Shown piece by piece: positions 1 through 10,085 of a stretch of DNA of 64,000 nucleotides. Each line of letters begins with the position of its first letter. Positions within the stretch are counted from its first letter, which is position 1. Made by a program: the position numbers and the translations under genes. The notes under the pieces were generated by a model, which worked only from the letters and a program-made list of their open reading frames with translations, did no database searches and was not told where the DNA came from. The DNA comes from an uncultured Verrucomicrobiae bacterium (GTDB lineage: Bacteria; Verrucomicrobiota; Verrucomicrobiia; Chthoniobacterales; JACTMZ01), in the NCBI GenBank assembly GCA_963776165.1, contig CAVZLI010000008.1:351424-415423 (forward strand). The letters are read 5' to 3'.

Positions 1-1297
1 CAAGCGACCCCAAAGCGCGCTCGGTCGATGCCGTGGTCCCGTAACTGTAAAGCCCGCCGGCGCCGGACGATCCGCTATCGGCCATGATCGTGTCGGCCGA
101 ACCGGTGCGCTGGGCGGACCAACCGGAAAGCGTGGCGTTGTCCGCCCACGCGTTGGTCCCGGTGGCCGGCAAAGCATCGAAATCTTGCCCGTAGCGACCG
201 GCGCCGGCGATGACCGGCGACGACACGGATGGGCCGCCGTCCACATCAAGCGCGGCCAGCGCGAACAACGTGCTGGTGTAGCCCTCGGCCCAAGCGGCCA
301 AACCGGCTTGCTGAGCACCGTCGGCGACGCCATCGGCGAGGAAACTGACCGTGAATTGCGCCGAGGCCTGACCGGCGGGAATGGTGACCACGGACGGCGC
401 GGAGACCTCGGTGCCATCGCCCGTGGCGATAAGGCGGATATCGAGCGGGGCGACAGCCGACGCCGGAATACGCAGCGTCGCGATGGCCGAGGTTCCTTCG
501 TCATAGGCCGAGCGCTCCATGGCAATTTGCAGCTCCGGGGCGCCGAAGATTTTGGCCACGAATTCGGGACGATCGACGAACGGGTTGCGGTTTCCCTGGT
601 AGCGGTCGTGGATGAGATCGTTGCGGCGGCGCTCCTCCGTGCTGACCGGATCATCGAGGTGCCACTGCAGGAGCGTGGTCAGGTTGCCGAAAACGGCTTG
701 CGACGAATTTGGCTCGTCGCCGAGCTCGAGATCGACCGAGCCCGGATCGGATCCGTCATAGCGCACGGCCATGTAGAACATGGCGCGCGCGAGGTCGCCT
801 TTCTCCGAGGGACGCGGGGTCCACATCGAGCCTTGGCCGCCGCTGGCATCGTAGAGGCACTCGGGCGCGCCGGGCGGGGCGACGGCGGGATCGGTCGGAT
901 GGTTGGTGCTCGCTTGTCCGTAGGTGCGGCTGCCGCGTGTTTGATTGACCCCGGTGAGGCAAGCACGGAGGTTGAAGAGGTCCGCCCCGGTGAGCGAGTT
1001 TTCGCTGCCGATCCCGAAAGCCAGCGGCCAGCAATGTTCGCGGTTCCACGTAAGTCCGCCGTCGGCAAACTTCGGCTCGCTCGTGCCGCTGTAAATGGCG
1101 ATCACGTTGTTGGTGTTGTTCGGGTCCTGGTCCAGCGTGCGCAGCGCCATGAACGACTCGGCATCAATGGACGCGTGGTCGTCGATGATGTCATGCAGCG
1201 CGGCTTTGAGGGCGAGACCGGTGAGGCCTTCGGCCGTCGTGTAGTAGCCGGCCGGCGGATCGTATTGCGCAAGCGATGGGAGAACGGTGAGAAACAT
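1..1297 (-). CDS. Secreted endonuclease I (EndA/NucM/Bsn-like) with C-terminal beta domains; partial, runs off the left edge
   Basis: Manual translation of the stop-free third minus frame (absent from the ORF track): MFLTVLPSLAQYDPPAGYY...WNREHCWP...DLFNLRAC...KGDLARAMFYMAVRY...ERRRNDLIHDRYQGNRNPFVD. An in-frame GTG at 1396 is an alternative start. Confidence 0.9.
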   Translation of the reverse strand, partial: MFLTVLPSLAQYDPPAGYYTTAEGLTGLALKAALHDIIDDHASIDAESFMALRTLDQDPNNTNNVIAIYSGTSEPKFADGGLTWNREHCWPLAFGIGSENSLTGADLFNLRACLTGVNQTRGSRTYGQASTNHPTDPAVAPPGAPECLYDASGGQGSMWTPRPSEKGDLARAMFYMAVRYDGSDPGSVDLELGDEPNSSQAVFGNLTTLLQWHLDDPVSTEERRRNDLIHDRYQGNRNPFVDRPEFVAKIFGAPELQIAMERSAYDEGTSAIATLRIPASAVAPLDIRLIATGDGTEVSAPSVVTIPAGQASAQFTVSFLADGVADGAQQAGLAAWAEGYTSTLFALAALDVDGGPSVSSPVIAGAGRYGQDFDALPATGTNAWADNATLSGWSAQRTGSADTIMADSGSSGAGGLYSYGTTASTERALGSL

Positions 1298-1329
1298 CAA
1301 GAGCGCACCAAGTGCGAAAGCGCTTCCGA

Positions 1330-1374
1330 GGTAGGGCCCGCTGGCCCGGTAGGGACGGCTGGCCCAGCCGTCCG
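1330..1374 (+). repeat. GTAGGG-type REP (one half copy plus one full copy)
   Basis: GTAGGGCCCGCTGGCCC followed by GTAGGGACGGCTGGCCCAGCCGTCCG; matches copies at 13903 and 38392. Confidence 0.75.
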
Positions 1375-1614
1375 TCTGCCTCGACTGCAACTGCACCGGC
1401 CTACCCGTCGAATGAGATAAACCATGACCTTCGGAAGCTGGGAGGACGTTGTGCGCGGTCGTGTTCACGGGAGAGGTTCGGCCGGACACGGCTCGCCGAA
1501 TTGGAATAAGGGCAATCAAGCCCAGTGGAGCTGCTTTGTCAAAGAAGGGGGCGCTGCGGAGAGCGTCTTATACCAACTCCCAAAAGATTTTGGACTTAAG
1601 CAAACCCCTCGCCT

Positions 1615-1689
1615 GGTAGGGCCCGCTGGCTCAGCGGGCCGCAGCCATTCAGATTAGGCCGAGCGGTCGGCTGGGCCGCCGACCCTACC
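1615..1689. repeat. GTAGGG-type REP doublet (REPIN)
   Basis: GGTAGGGCCCGCTGGCTCAGCGGGCCGC ... GCGGTCGGCTGGGCCGCCGACCCTACC, inverted pair. Confidence 0.8.
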
Positions 1690-1733
1690 GATGGTGTTGA
1701 GAAGTCAAAAAACTTTTCGTGTTTGGTCTTATT

Positions 1734-1804
1734 TGTAGCGGCAGTGTGTGACCGTCGGACGCTTGTCGTGTTTTAGGCACAGACGGTCACAGACCGCCGC
1801 TACA
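1734..1804. repeat. TGTAGCGGC-type REP doublet (REPIN family B)
   Basis: TGTAGCGGCAGTGTGTGACCGTCG ... GACGGTCACAGACCGCCGCTACA; homologous to 12497-12571 and 13096-13170. Confidence 0.8.
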
Positions 1805-1836
1805 CCTCAGTCGAGACTCACGGCCGAGCGCATCGT

Positions 1837-1874
1837 AACAAAAACCCCGAGGCGTTTCGGCCGCGGGGTTTTGT
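1837..1874 (-). terminator. Rho-independent terminator (possibly bidirectional)
   Basis: AAAACCCCG...CGGGGTTTT stem with A/T tracts, downstream of the 1915 stop. Confidence 0.7.
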
Positions 1875-1914
1875 GAAGTTCTGACTCGTTACTTTTTACC
1901 ATCGACCCGCCACC

Positions 1915-4248
1915 TCACGGCGACGTCGTCGCCGTGACCCGGTAGAAGCCGTTGCCGGTGGGCTCGGCGATCGTGAACTGCTTGCGGGTATAGCCCGTCG
2001 GGACCCCGTCTTGATCCGCCGATGTCGTGGGCACGATACCCGCCGCCACCCATGGACCGGTATTGAGGTTGGTCGCCGACTGCACCTCGTAAGTCACCCC
2101 AGTGTCGCGCTCGATATAGGCCACGACCATGTCTCCAGCGATATCGGTTGACGCCTTGAGCAGCGAGCCATTGCCCTCTGTTGGGTTGGTTCCGAAGGCG
2201 TACTCCTGTTCGTTGGTGAAGCTGTCCCCATCGGAGTCTGAACCCGCGGAAACACCTAGGGTGGTCCCGAAGTATTGGTCCCACCACGCGCCGGGGAGGC
2301 CGTCAACGATCTCCGGAATGAATTGGACGTTGTCGACCCAACCTGCATCTTCTCCCGAGGAAACAATTTCATCTTTCTCGTAAGCCCAGCGGACAACCAC
2401 TTCGCCGGCCGGAATTTCCATCGTCATTGTGGTCCAAGCCACATCGCCCGAGATGCTCTGGGATGTCCCGGGAAACGAGAAAACGAGAAAGTCGTAATTG
2501 CGTTCGCTGGAAACCCGCCAGTCGAAACTCAGGGTCCCGGGTCCTGTCAATGGGATCTCAAACCAAGAGGTCTCGTTATGTGTGATTCTGCCACTTTGCA
2601 CCGCCGTCCCGCCGCCATAGGCAACCTTGGCTTGCCCATACCACGGAGCCTCATCGCCCGTCGTCCATGACAAATGCGGTGCGCCCACCGCATCACCAAG
2701 GGCGATCGTCCGGATACTGAACAAAGTCTCGAGACCGCCGGAGTCGTCGGGAGTTCCGATACTGCTGAGGCGCAGTGAATAATCCGCTCCATCGGGCAAG
2801 GTGCCGGGCACACGCCACCAGAAGTTGCCGTTGTTCGGTATCGATTCCGCAACTGTGGCGAGAAGTTCCCCGCCCCGGAAAAGATCAAGCCGCACGGAAC
2901 CGGCAGCGACGGATGCAAACCAGCCGATCCGCGTGCTGGAGTTGCCCCAAGCCGCGTCGGGCGATTCGGGCGGCAACATGGTCACCGTTCCCGTCGGTCG
3001 GAAGGCGTGGCCGACCAGACTGAAGGCATACTCGATGGCCAGTGCGTTGCTGATGATAATGTGGCCGGGATCCGGGCTGTAAGCAGGAAGTGGTAGGTTG
3101 GTGTTCTGCGCGCAGAACGCCTTGTCCTCCGGACGGCGCAACCACCTTTCCCGGGAGCTATAGGCATCGGACACCATCAACATTTTTTCGAGGCTCGCCG
3201 GGAGAGTCAGGGGAATAAAAGGCTCCGTGGGAGAAATCAGCACCACCTTGCAACGCGGATCCGCCACCAGCGTGTCATAGTCGGACATCAACACACCCGC
3301 CCCAAGCGAGTTGCCGACCAGGCAAAAATCCTCGATGCCCGTCAGGGTTCGCAGTTGGTCAAGAACCGATGACGCGATGCCCGGGAAAAGCAGCCGGTTT
3401 TCCAGCGGAAGTTCGTTGCGGCCCCACGCGTTGAGTGTGGCATTGACCTGAGTGAAAGGTTCTACCTCCGGATAGGTCCAAGTGAACACGGAATATTCCG
3501 GGCCGACGAGCTGAAGCACCAAGTCGGCATTCGCCCGGAAATCACCCGCCAAATCCCCGGAGTGGCTGAAAAAGATGACTCCTTTTGGCCCCCAGCCCCA
3601 CTTCTCCACCTCTACTTGCTGCCCCGCCACCGTCACGAGATAACGGCTGAAGCGCGTGATTTTAACGTTGTCGATGCGACTGGTTCCCGACGTGCCGCTT
3701 GGGGCGGTAAGCGCCACCAGGCGGAAGGTGATATTTGCCTGGTGGTTGGCCGGATGGTCGTCGGGAAATTCGAAGGAAAATATGGATTCCGGTTGGACCG
3801 CCAACGGACCCGTATACCAAGTTGCGTCCGTGAGGGTGTAATTGGAAGCTTCCTGGAACGTGTCGCCATCCGTGCTGTATTGGAGAGCGAACTGCTGAGG
3901 ACCTGAGCCGCTTCGCGCCTGATGCCACTCGACCGCAATGCGACCGTCCCCCTGCAACGGAACGGCGAATTCATAGTAATCACCGACAGCCCAGCGGTTG
4001 GCATTGAGGGAGCGCGCGGAACCGTTTCCCGAGACGGTCGTGCTCCATCTTGTGCTGGCCGAGTTGTGGCGCCCGCGCAACTCACCCGCGCCAATCTCGG
4101 GTGTGATCGGCCCGATTGAGTTCGTGGTGACCAAGGATGGGAGAGGATTACTTTCAAAAGTCCAATGAGCCAAAATCCCAGTTGTTGCCTGAGCCCAGAC
4201 ATGGCTCGCCAGAAGGCTCATCGCTACCGCTACGTGGTTTAGTCTCAT
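1915..4248 (-). CDS. Secreted multidomain protein with an alpha/beta-hydrolase domain and a Verrucomicrobia-type C-terminal domain
   Basis: Signal peptide (…HVWA-Q), GNSLG nucleophile elbow, Ig-like domains, DSDGDSFTNEQEYAFGTNP repeat, FYRVTATTSP terminus. Confidence 0.8.
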   Translation of the reverse strand: MRLNHVAVAMSLLASHVWAQATTGILAHWTFESNPLPSLVTTNSIGPITPEIGAGELRGRHNSASTRWSTTVSGNGSARSLNANRWAVGDYYEFAVPLQGDGRIAVEWHQARSGSGPQQFALQYSTDGDTFQEASNYTLTDATWYTGPLAVQPESIFSFEFPDDHPANHQANITFRLVALTAPSGTSGTSRIDNVKITRFSRYLVTVAGQQVEVEKWGWGPKGVIFFSHSGDLAGDFRANADLVLQLVGPEYSVFTWTYPEVEPFTQVNATLNAWGRNELPLENRLLFPGIASSVLDQLRTLTGIEDFCLVGNSLGAGVLMSDYDTLVADPRCKVVLISPTEPFIPLTLPASLEKMLMVSDAYSSRERWLRRPEDKAFCAQNTNLPLPAYSPDPGHIIISNALAIEYAFSLVGHAFRPTGTVTMLPPESPDAAWGNSSTRIGWFASVAAGSVRLDLFRGGELLATVAESIPNNGNFWWRVPGTLPDGADYSLRLSSIGTPDDSGGLETLFSIRTIALGDAVGAPHLSWTTGDEAPWYGQAKVAYGGGTAVQSGRITHNETSWFEIPLTGPGTLSFDWRVSSERNYDFLVFSFPGTSQSISGDVAWTTMTMEIPAGEVVVRWAYEKDEIVSSGEDAGWVDNVQFIPEIVDGLPGAWWDQYFGTTLGVSAGSDSDGDSFTNEQEYAFGTNPTEGNGSLLKASTDIAGDMVVAYIERDTGVTYEVQSATNLNTGPWVAAGIVPTTSADQDGVPTGYTRKQFTIAEPTGNGFYRVTATTSP

Positions 4249-4522
4249 TTCGCAAATGTTTGAGGTGGCGACTGACTAGGGTAAGCTTCGGCTGATAACA
4301 GCCCGTTCAACAGTGCATGAGCGGACCACGAACACTCGTATCATCACCCAACAAGCTACGCCTATCAAGCACCAGTAATCATAACACGGCAAAAAAAACA
4401 GCACAAAATAGGTCAATCTGTTCTCTTTTGTCTTTCACCGATCGAGCCCAGAAATCCGCCTGCCAGCGCATTGCTAGTAGATGCCGACGGAGCGATTGCT
4501 CCGTTCACCGATTTGCGCAGAT

Positions 4523-4553
4523 AACAAAAACCCCGCGGCGGATGCCGCGGGGT
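4523..4553 (-). terminator. Rho-independent terminator
   Basis: CCCCGCGGC-GGAT-GCCGCGGGG stem with a T-tract on the minus strand. Confidence 0.75.
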
Positions 4554-4579
4554 CTGGTGAAGGCTGTGACGTCTTGCCC

Positions 4580-7500
4580 TTACGGGGCGGTGGTTGCTGC
4601 CGTGACCCGGTAGAAGCCGTTGCCGGCGGGCTCGGCGATCGTGAACTGCTTGCGGGTGTAGCCCGCCGGCGGCGCCGGCTCGGTCGGGCCAGCCACCACC
4701 GTGACGCTGCCGTCGTTGGCGAATGGCGTAGTGGCAAGGTTGACCGTGCTCTGCACATTATAGGTCACGCCGGCGCGTTCGAGCCATGTCACGGTCAAGT
4801 TTCCAGAAACAGTTTCCGTGCTGAGCAAGGACGGCGTGCCCTCGGTCGGATTGGTGCCGAACGCGTATTCCTGCTGGTTGTTGAAACTATCGCCATCCGG
4901 ATCGGCGGTCGGGGCACCGGCGGTCGGGCCGGTGGTGGCCGTCGGGTCGAGGCCGAAGCTGTCGGCCCAGTCGTCGTAGACTGCCACCCGCCGCTGACCG
5001 TGCCGGTCACGGCGATGTTTTGTGCCGTGGCACCAACGCTAGTAGGCGATGGTCACTAGCCCGGCCGGATTGCCAACCGGTGCCGTGGCAGTGATACGCA
5101 CATAAACTGTTGTCGCGGGCACCGTGCCGGCGGAGACAGGCAGGGTCACCGAGGAACCGGTCAGGTCACATCATCGGTCGAAACTTCATAGTCGGCCGGA
5201 GCGGTGACGATGATGTCGCCATTGAGCGCGCTGCCGCCCGCGGTGAAGGTTTGGGCGTCGGACGGGCTGCCCTCGGTCGCGGCGAACGAAGTCAGCGAAC
5301 CGGCCACGTCGATGACGGGATCGACTATCTCCGAAGTGCTGACAACGACATCGGCTAAGCCAATGCGACGCGAGGAAAAACGGAGGGCAGACCGCGGTCC
5401 GAAACCCACGTGATGGTGAAGGTTTCACCTTCGGCAATGTTGAGTCCGCTGATGGCGGCCGTTTTTGGTTTCGTCGAAGCCGACTTCAGTCGTGTAAGCT
5501 AAATCAAGAGACTCGGGTGCCAGCCACGGTCACGAGTCCATGTCGGAAAACGGGTATTCGAGGTAGCCTCGACGCGCCCGAGGTAGCGTACGTTGAGGTC
5601 GGTGATAGGTGCACCCGTGTCGTTGACCAAACGCAGCGTGACCGTGAGCGTTCCCGTGCCCAAGGTATGCGTGTAGCCGAGCACTCCGGGAGCTGTGACG
5701 CCGGCCGCAAAAGCCGGCCGTGGAGGAACCTGATGTCCAGTCGCTGATATAAGTTTGGATACCCGTGCTAGAGATGGCGGACCATTCTCCGGGGAGCGAG
5801 TCGGTTCCGGTGAAGTTGTTGAAAGCGTTGAAATAGCTGCCTGTAAACGAGGCGGGTAAGGCCACGGTGGTGAAGGTCTGGGCAGTGGTGTAGGTCGTGC
5901 CTTCCGCGTTTGTGGCATAAGCTTTGATGCTGTATTCGGTGGCGGGGCTAAGTCCGCTCAGGGTCGTGCTCATCGACACCCAACTCAGAAAGCGGATCAA
6001 CCACATTGATGACGCCGGTGCCGCCGATGAGGGGATCGGGGTTGACCGTAGTCTCCGCATAAACGAATCCCCGTGCGGTAACGACCGATCCGCCATCGCC
6101 GGTGACCTCGGCACTGGCGTCGGCTGAGTTTTCGCTGATAGTTTCCAGTGGAACGGACAGCGATGCCGTAAGGCGAAAGTAGGCTGCTCCGGATAGTCGT
6201 CTGAAACCACTGATCCGATTGGCGGGGTTGTCCCGGACGGTTGGCCACGGTCTGAAGTCCAGATAATTTGGAAAACCTGATTGGGGGCAATATTCAAACC
6301 GGACAGGGCGGCAGCCGTGGACACGCCGTCGCCGTCTTCCGTCTATAGGCCAAGGCTGACACCTCGACACCGTCGACTGACACGGTGTACGAAGTGATGC
6401 GGCTCTGCGTCAGACGCGCACCACGTCCGGTGTAGGCGACGGTAAGGTCGGTGATTGCCGAACCAGTGTCATTGCGCATGGTCAAAATCTGTTGGACGAC
6501 ACCCGTGCTGCTGGTGCGCTGGTAGCCGAACACGTTAGCCGTGGCTGAACTGGATTCGACGCCGGTGGCAGTGGATTTCCCATGCGGAGTAATCAAGCTT
6601 GGTTGTGCCGCTGCCGTCGGCAGTCACAGACCAACCAAGCGGCAAGGATGGAGCGTCGACAAAGGTTGCGAAGTCCTGCGTGTAGCCACCAACTGGAAGA
6701 GAAGCGGTCGGCGCATCGATATTGCGCACCGTTGTGGTAGCTGGCGCAGCGGCGTGGCCAGTTGCAGCTGGGTCACGGTCACATCGACATCGGTATCGAT
6801 CGCGCCGTCGAGCGGTGCTTCGATATCGAAGTCCACCGAGGCGAAGCCGGTTGCGACCGTAACAGTAGAGGGCACCACGAGGTCCGCAGGGCTCGAACTG
6901 GTGAGCGAGAAGATCTCGTCTGATGCGGGAGCTTCCGTCAGGGTAACCGTTCCGGTCGCGGTGGCGCCTTCGTTGATTTCTGTGGGCATGGTCACGGTGG
7001 CGGTGGGCAGCAGGAATATGTCCTGGCTCACCGCGATGCCTTCCGGCGTGGTCACTTGGATCAATCCTGCTGTCGCGCCAGCCGGCACAGTGGCGGTGAT
7101 CTGGATACTGCTGTCGACACTGAACCCGGCAGTCACGCCGTTAAAGGTAACTTCGGTCGCACCGATGAAATTGGTTCCGTTGATAGTGACCGGCGTGCCG
7201 GCAGGACCCCCGGCCGGAGAGAAGCTGGTGATGGTGGGGACAGTCAGCGAAGAGGTCGGCGTCACGGAGGCCCACGTGGTGCCGACGAGGATGTTGCCCA
7301 CACGGAGACTCGGAGTGCTCCCGCCTTGGCCGAGGGCGACTATCTGTCGATCGGTACCGGGTCCCCTACCTGAGGTGCTGGTGACGAGGGCCGTTGTCTC
7401 TGGACCGCCAAGCACCGGGTTGATCCACAGGTTGGCAACGTCATCATTGATCCCGGCGTTGCGGGTTATTTTGGCAACAACAAGATATGTTGTTCCGAAG

Positions 7501-7976
7501 TTAACTCGGTAGCGTCATAATCAACAGTCGTGCTATTCTTGGAAGATGCCGAGCCGGAACCCCGCGCCGCTGGCTTGCGCAAATATGCGGCCGAATAACC
7601 ACCCGAACTTGCGTAAAAGCTGTAGAAGTAATCACCACCGGCAGCAGCGGAAGAGACATTGACAAGAAAAGAGGTGTAGAGGTTTCCGTCCACGTTCCCC
7701 TCGGAAAGAGGGGGTGCTGATATCCTCGCCGGATGCCGTTAGGTCCGCCGCATTCCCCAAGCCGGAAGAGGGCAGGTTGGGATAGGTAAGTCCCGGCGCG
7801 TTGGCGTTTATGACCGCAGTGCCACCACCGCTGAAGGCCGTCCAACCGTTACTTGTCAGCGGCCCCGTGAAGGTGAAATTTTCTTCGAGCAAGACTTGCG
7901 CGTGCGTGCTGGGGGCGGCAAGTGCCCCGGCGGCAATGAGGGGAACGAGGAATCGGGAGAGGAGGCGGGTTTTCAT
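4580..7976 (-). pseudogene. Large secreted surface protein (IPT/TIG, FN3-like, repeated beta domains, FYRV C-terminus) split by many frameshifts, possibly assembly errors
   Basis: Starts MKTRLLSRFLVPLIAAGALAAPSTHAQ; consecutive fragments contain TITSFSPAGGPAGTPVTINGTNF (IPT) and LSGLSPATEYSIKAYATNAEGT (FN3-like), and end DPDGDSFNNQQEYAFGTNP...FYRVTAATTAP. Confidence 0.75.
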
Positions 7977-8040
7977 GGTGGGTGGACGTATTTTTAATTG
8001 TTTTAAAATTGGCATCCCGCGGGGAAAAGCCAACTGTCAT

Positions 8041-8060
8041 TTGTCACAATTCCGTCATTT
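8041..8060 (+). promoter_or_regulatory. Pho-box-like (OmpR/PhoB-type) direct repeat
   Basis: TTGTCAC-AATT-CCGTCAT; 16/20 identical to the minus-strand motif at 10119-10138. Confidence 0.4.
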
Positions 8061-8161
8061 TACCGGGCGTTGAGCGGCAATGACTTGATGAGTTTGGTCA
8101 AGATACGAGCTTGTCGCCGTTCATTGCGCGGCGGCGGGGCGGCGGTTAGAGTGGCGGGCTG

Positions 8162-9121
8162 ATGCGATTCGTTGTGCGGATGACGGCAGCCACGGTTTTG
8201 CCGGTTCTCATGGCCACGGGCACCGGTTGCCGGCGCCCTGCAGAGCCCCTCGCGGATGAACATCCCGGTATCGACCCCAAACCGAGCGGATGGGCCTTGT
8301 GGGACAATGTTCGCTTGCCGGATCCGGAGCGCGGAGTCATCGACTTGAGCCGCCCGGATTCGCTGGGTCGAGGTTTTGAGCCGCAACCTGAGCAAGATCT
8401 GGTCTACGAGGCCGCCATGAGGGGCGAGGCTTGGGCTCAGACGAAGTTGGGCAAAAGTTATGTGGCCTCGCCGGATGATGCAGTGCGCATGGAGCGAGGA
8501 ATGGACCTCCTACGCAGCGCTGCGGAACAAGACTATGCGGAAGCACTTTTCGAGTTGGCAAAAATGGCGCTGGCTGGCCGGGGAATGGATCGCTCCCCTT
8601 CGACCGCATTCGACCAAATGAAGCGCGCCGCCGAACTGGGTTTGCCTGACGCCGAGTATGAACTTGCCTCGATGTATTCGGACGGCCGCGGCACAAACAA
8701 AGATCCGGTCGCCGCTCTTCAATGGGCGCAAAAAGCAGCAGCGAATTCGCATCCCAAGGCCACATCGGCCGTTGGCATGATTATGTTGCAATCCGAAGAT
8801 CCGTCCAAGCAGGCAGAAGGTTTGGCTATGCTGAAACGAGCAGTGGAGGCAGGCAGCACGGATGCTGCCCTGACGCTGGCCACAGCTTACGCCCGAGGCC
8901 GCCGCGGTTTATCCAAGGACGAGAGTGCGGCTGAGGCGCTTCTCAAGAAGCAGGCGGAGGACGGCGATGCGGAATGCCAATTTGCTTTGGCTTCTCTTTA
9001 CCAATTCGGCGAGACGTTCGCCGCGCGGCGCGAGGAAGCGCAAGTGTGGTTGCAGCGCGCAGCAGATCAGGGGCATCCGCAGGCGTTGGAGGTTTTGCGA
9101 TCGGAGTCGGACAAGAGGTAG
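8162..9121 (+). CDS. SEL1-like repeat protein, probable lipoprotein
   Basis: Repeated AA.QG...A...L...Y..G.G motifs; N-terminal hydrophobic stretch ending GTGC. Confidence 0.9.
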   Translation: MRFVVRMTAATVLPVLMATGTGCRRPAEPLADEHPGIDPKPSGWALWDNVRLPDPERGVIDLSRPDSLGRGFEPQPEQDLVYEAAMRGEAWAQTKLGKSYVASPDDAVRMERGMDLLRSAAEQDYAEALFELAKMALAGRGMDRSPSTAFDQMKRAAELGLPDAEYELASMYSDGRGTNKDPVAALQWAQKAAANSHPKATSAVGMIMLQSEDPSKQAEGLAMLKRAVEAGSTDAALTLATAYARGRRGLSKDESAAEALLKKQAEDGDAECQFALASLYQFGETFAARREEAQVWLQRAADQGHPQALEVLRSESDKR

Positions 9122-9181
9122 GGACACGCGGCTCGCGTGTCCGCTGCAATCAAGCGGACGAGCGGGCCGCTCGTCCCTACC
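9117..9181. repeat. GTAGGG-type REP doublet overlapping the SEL1 gene stop codon
   Basis: GGTAGGGACACGCGGCTCGCGTGTCCGC ... GCGGACGAGCGGGCCGCTCGTCCCTACC. Confidence 0.8.
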
Positions 9182-9194
9182 TGAAAATAAAGAC

Positions 9195-9224
9195 AAACCC
9201 GGCTCAGCGAACGGAACCGGGTTT
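9195..9224. terminator. Hairpin between convergent genes
   Basis: AAACCCGG...CCGGGTTT. Confidence 0.55.
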
Positions 9225-9253
9225 GGTGGGAAAACTCGTCTTGCTAACGATCG

Positions 9254-10009
9254 TTACCGACGGCGGCGGCGGATCAAGTGAGCGCCAAGACCGGCCGCGC
9301 CTAGCGCGAGTAGAGCGTAAGTCGAAGGCTCGGGAACGGCCTCGAGGTTGTTGAAGTATTGGTTGTTGTCCGGATCTCCACCACCCGCATTAAAATTGAA
9401 GATGCGGATCTGCGAAATATCAGAAGCCGTGATCGTCAAACCGGTATTGGAAACGTCCGTTCCATTGAAGGAAAGATTGTATGTGTTACCAGTTCCCAAG
9501 GTGAAACGGACGGTCTGAAAGCTGGGACTCCCACTATTCCATGTGGAAGAATCAAAAGAAGTGTCGACCCCTGTGACGTTTTCTTGACCACCAGCGTCGT
9601 TGAGTTTGAAGGAATCCGTGGCGTCGTCACCAATATAATAAGCCTCGAAACGATTGACCGCGGAACTATTTTGCAAAGCGAAGCCGATGGTTCCACCGCT
9701 GTTGATGAAGCCGAGGGAAATATCGATCTCGACATAGCCGCCCACCGGCAAGGAGGAGGAAAACGCGTAAATGTTGGCCGCAGTTTGACCAGAGTTAGCG
9801 TAAAGCCCCCAAGACACACCGCTCGTGTCCATACCGGTTCCAGAGGCTGCCGTGAAGCGGCCGTTTAGTCCGCCGTCGCCGGAGGTATTTGCTTCAGTCC
9901 AACCGGTGAAGCCGTCGTCACCGGCATTGACGCTAATGTCAGACCATTGCGCAAAAGCGCCCGAGGAGAGAGCGACGGATGCCACCGCCGCGGTGAGGAT
10001 TTTTTTCAT
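9254..10009 (-). CDS. PEP-CTERM sorting-domain surface protein
   Basis: Signal peptide MKKILTAAVASVALSSGAFA; C-terminus VPEPSTYALLALGAAGLGAHLIRRRRR. Confidence 0.95.
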   Translation of the reverse strand: MKKILTAAVASVALSSGAFAQWSDISVNAGDDGFTGWTEANTSGDGGLNGRFTAASGTGMDTSGVSWGLYANSGQTAANIYAFSSSLPVGGYVEIDISLGFINSGGTIGFALQNSSAVNRFEAYYIGDDATDSFKLNDAGGQENVTGVDTSFDSSTWNSGSPSFQTVRFTLGTGNTYNLSFNGTDVSNTGLTITASDISQIRIFNFNAGGGDPDNNQYFNNLEAVPEPSTYALLALGAAGLGAHLIRRRRR

Positions 10010-10085
10010 GAGAGGAGTTTTTGTTTTGGGGTTTGAGGGTTTAGTCATCGACAGCGCGTCCAACGACGACTGCCAGATGGAAAAA

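Noticed and set aside
185..1420. 411-aa plus-strand ORF
   Set aside because: Antisense shadow of the minus-strand endonuclease; no motifs of its own
1915..4990. Shared C-terminal repeats as a DGR template/variable pair
   Set aside because: Differences are mostly synonymous and not adenine-specific; no reverse transcriptase in the window
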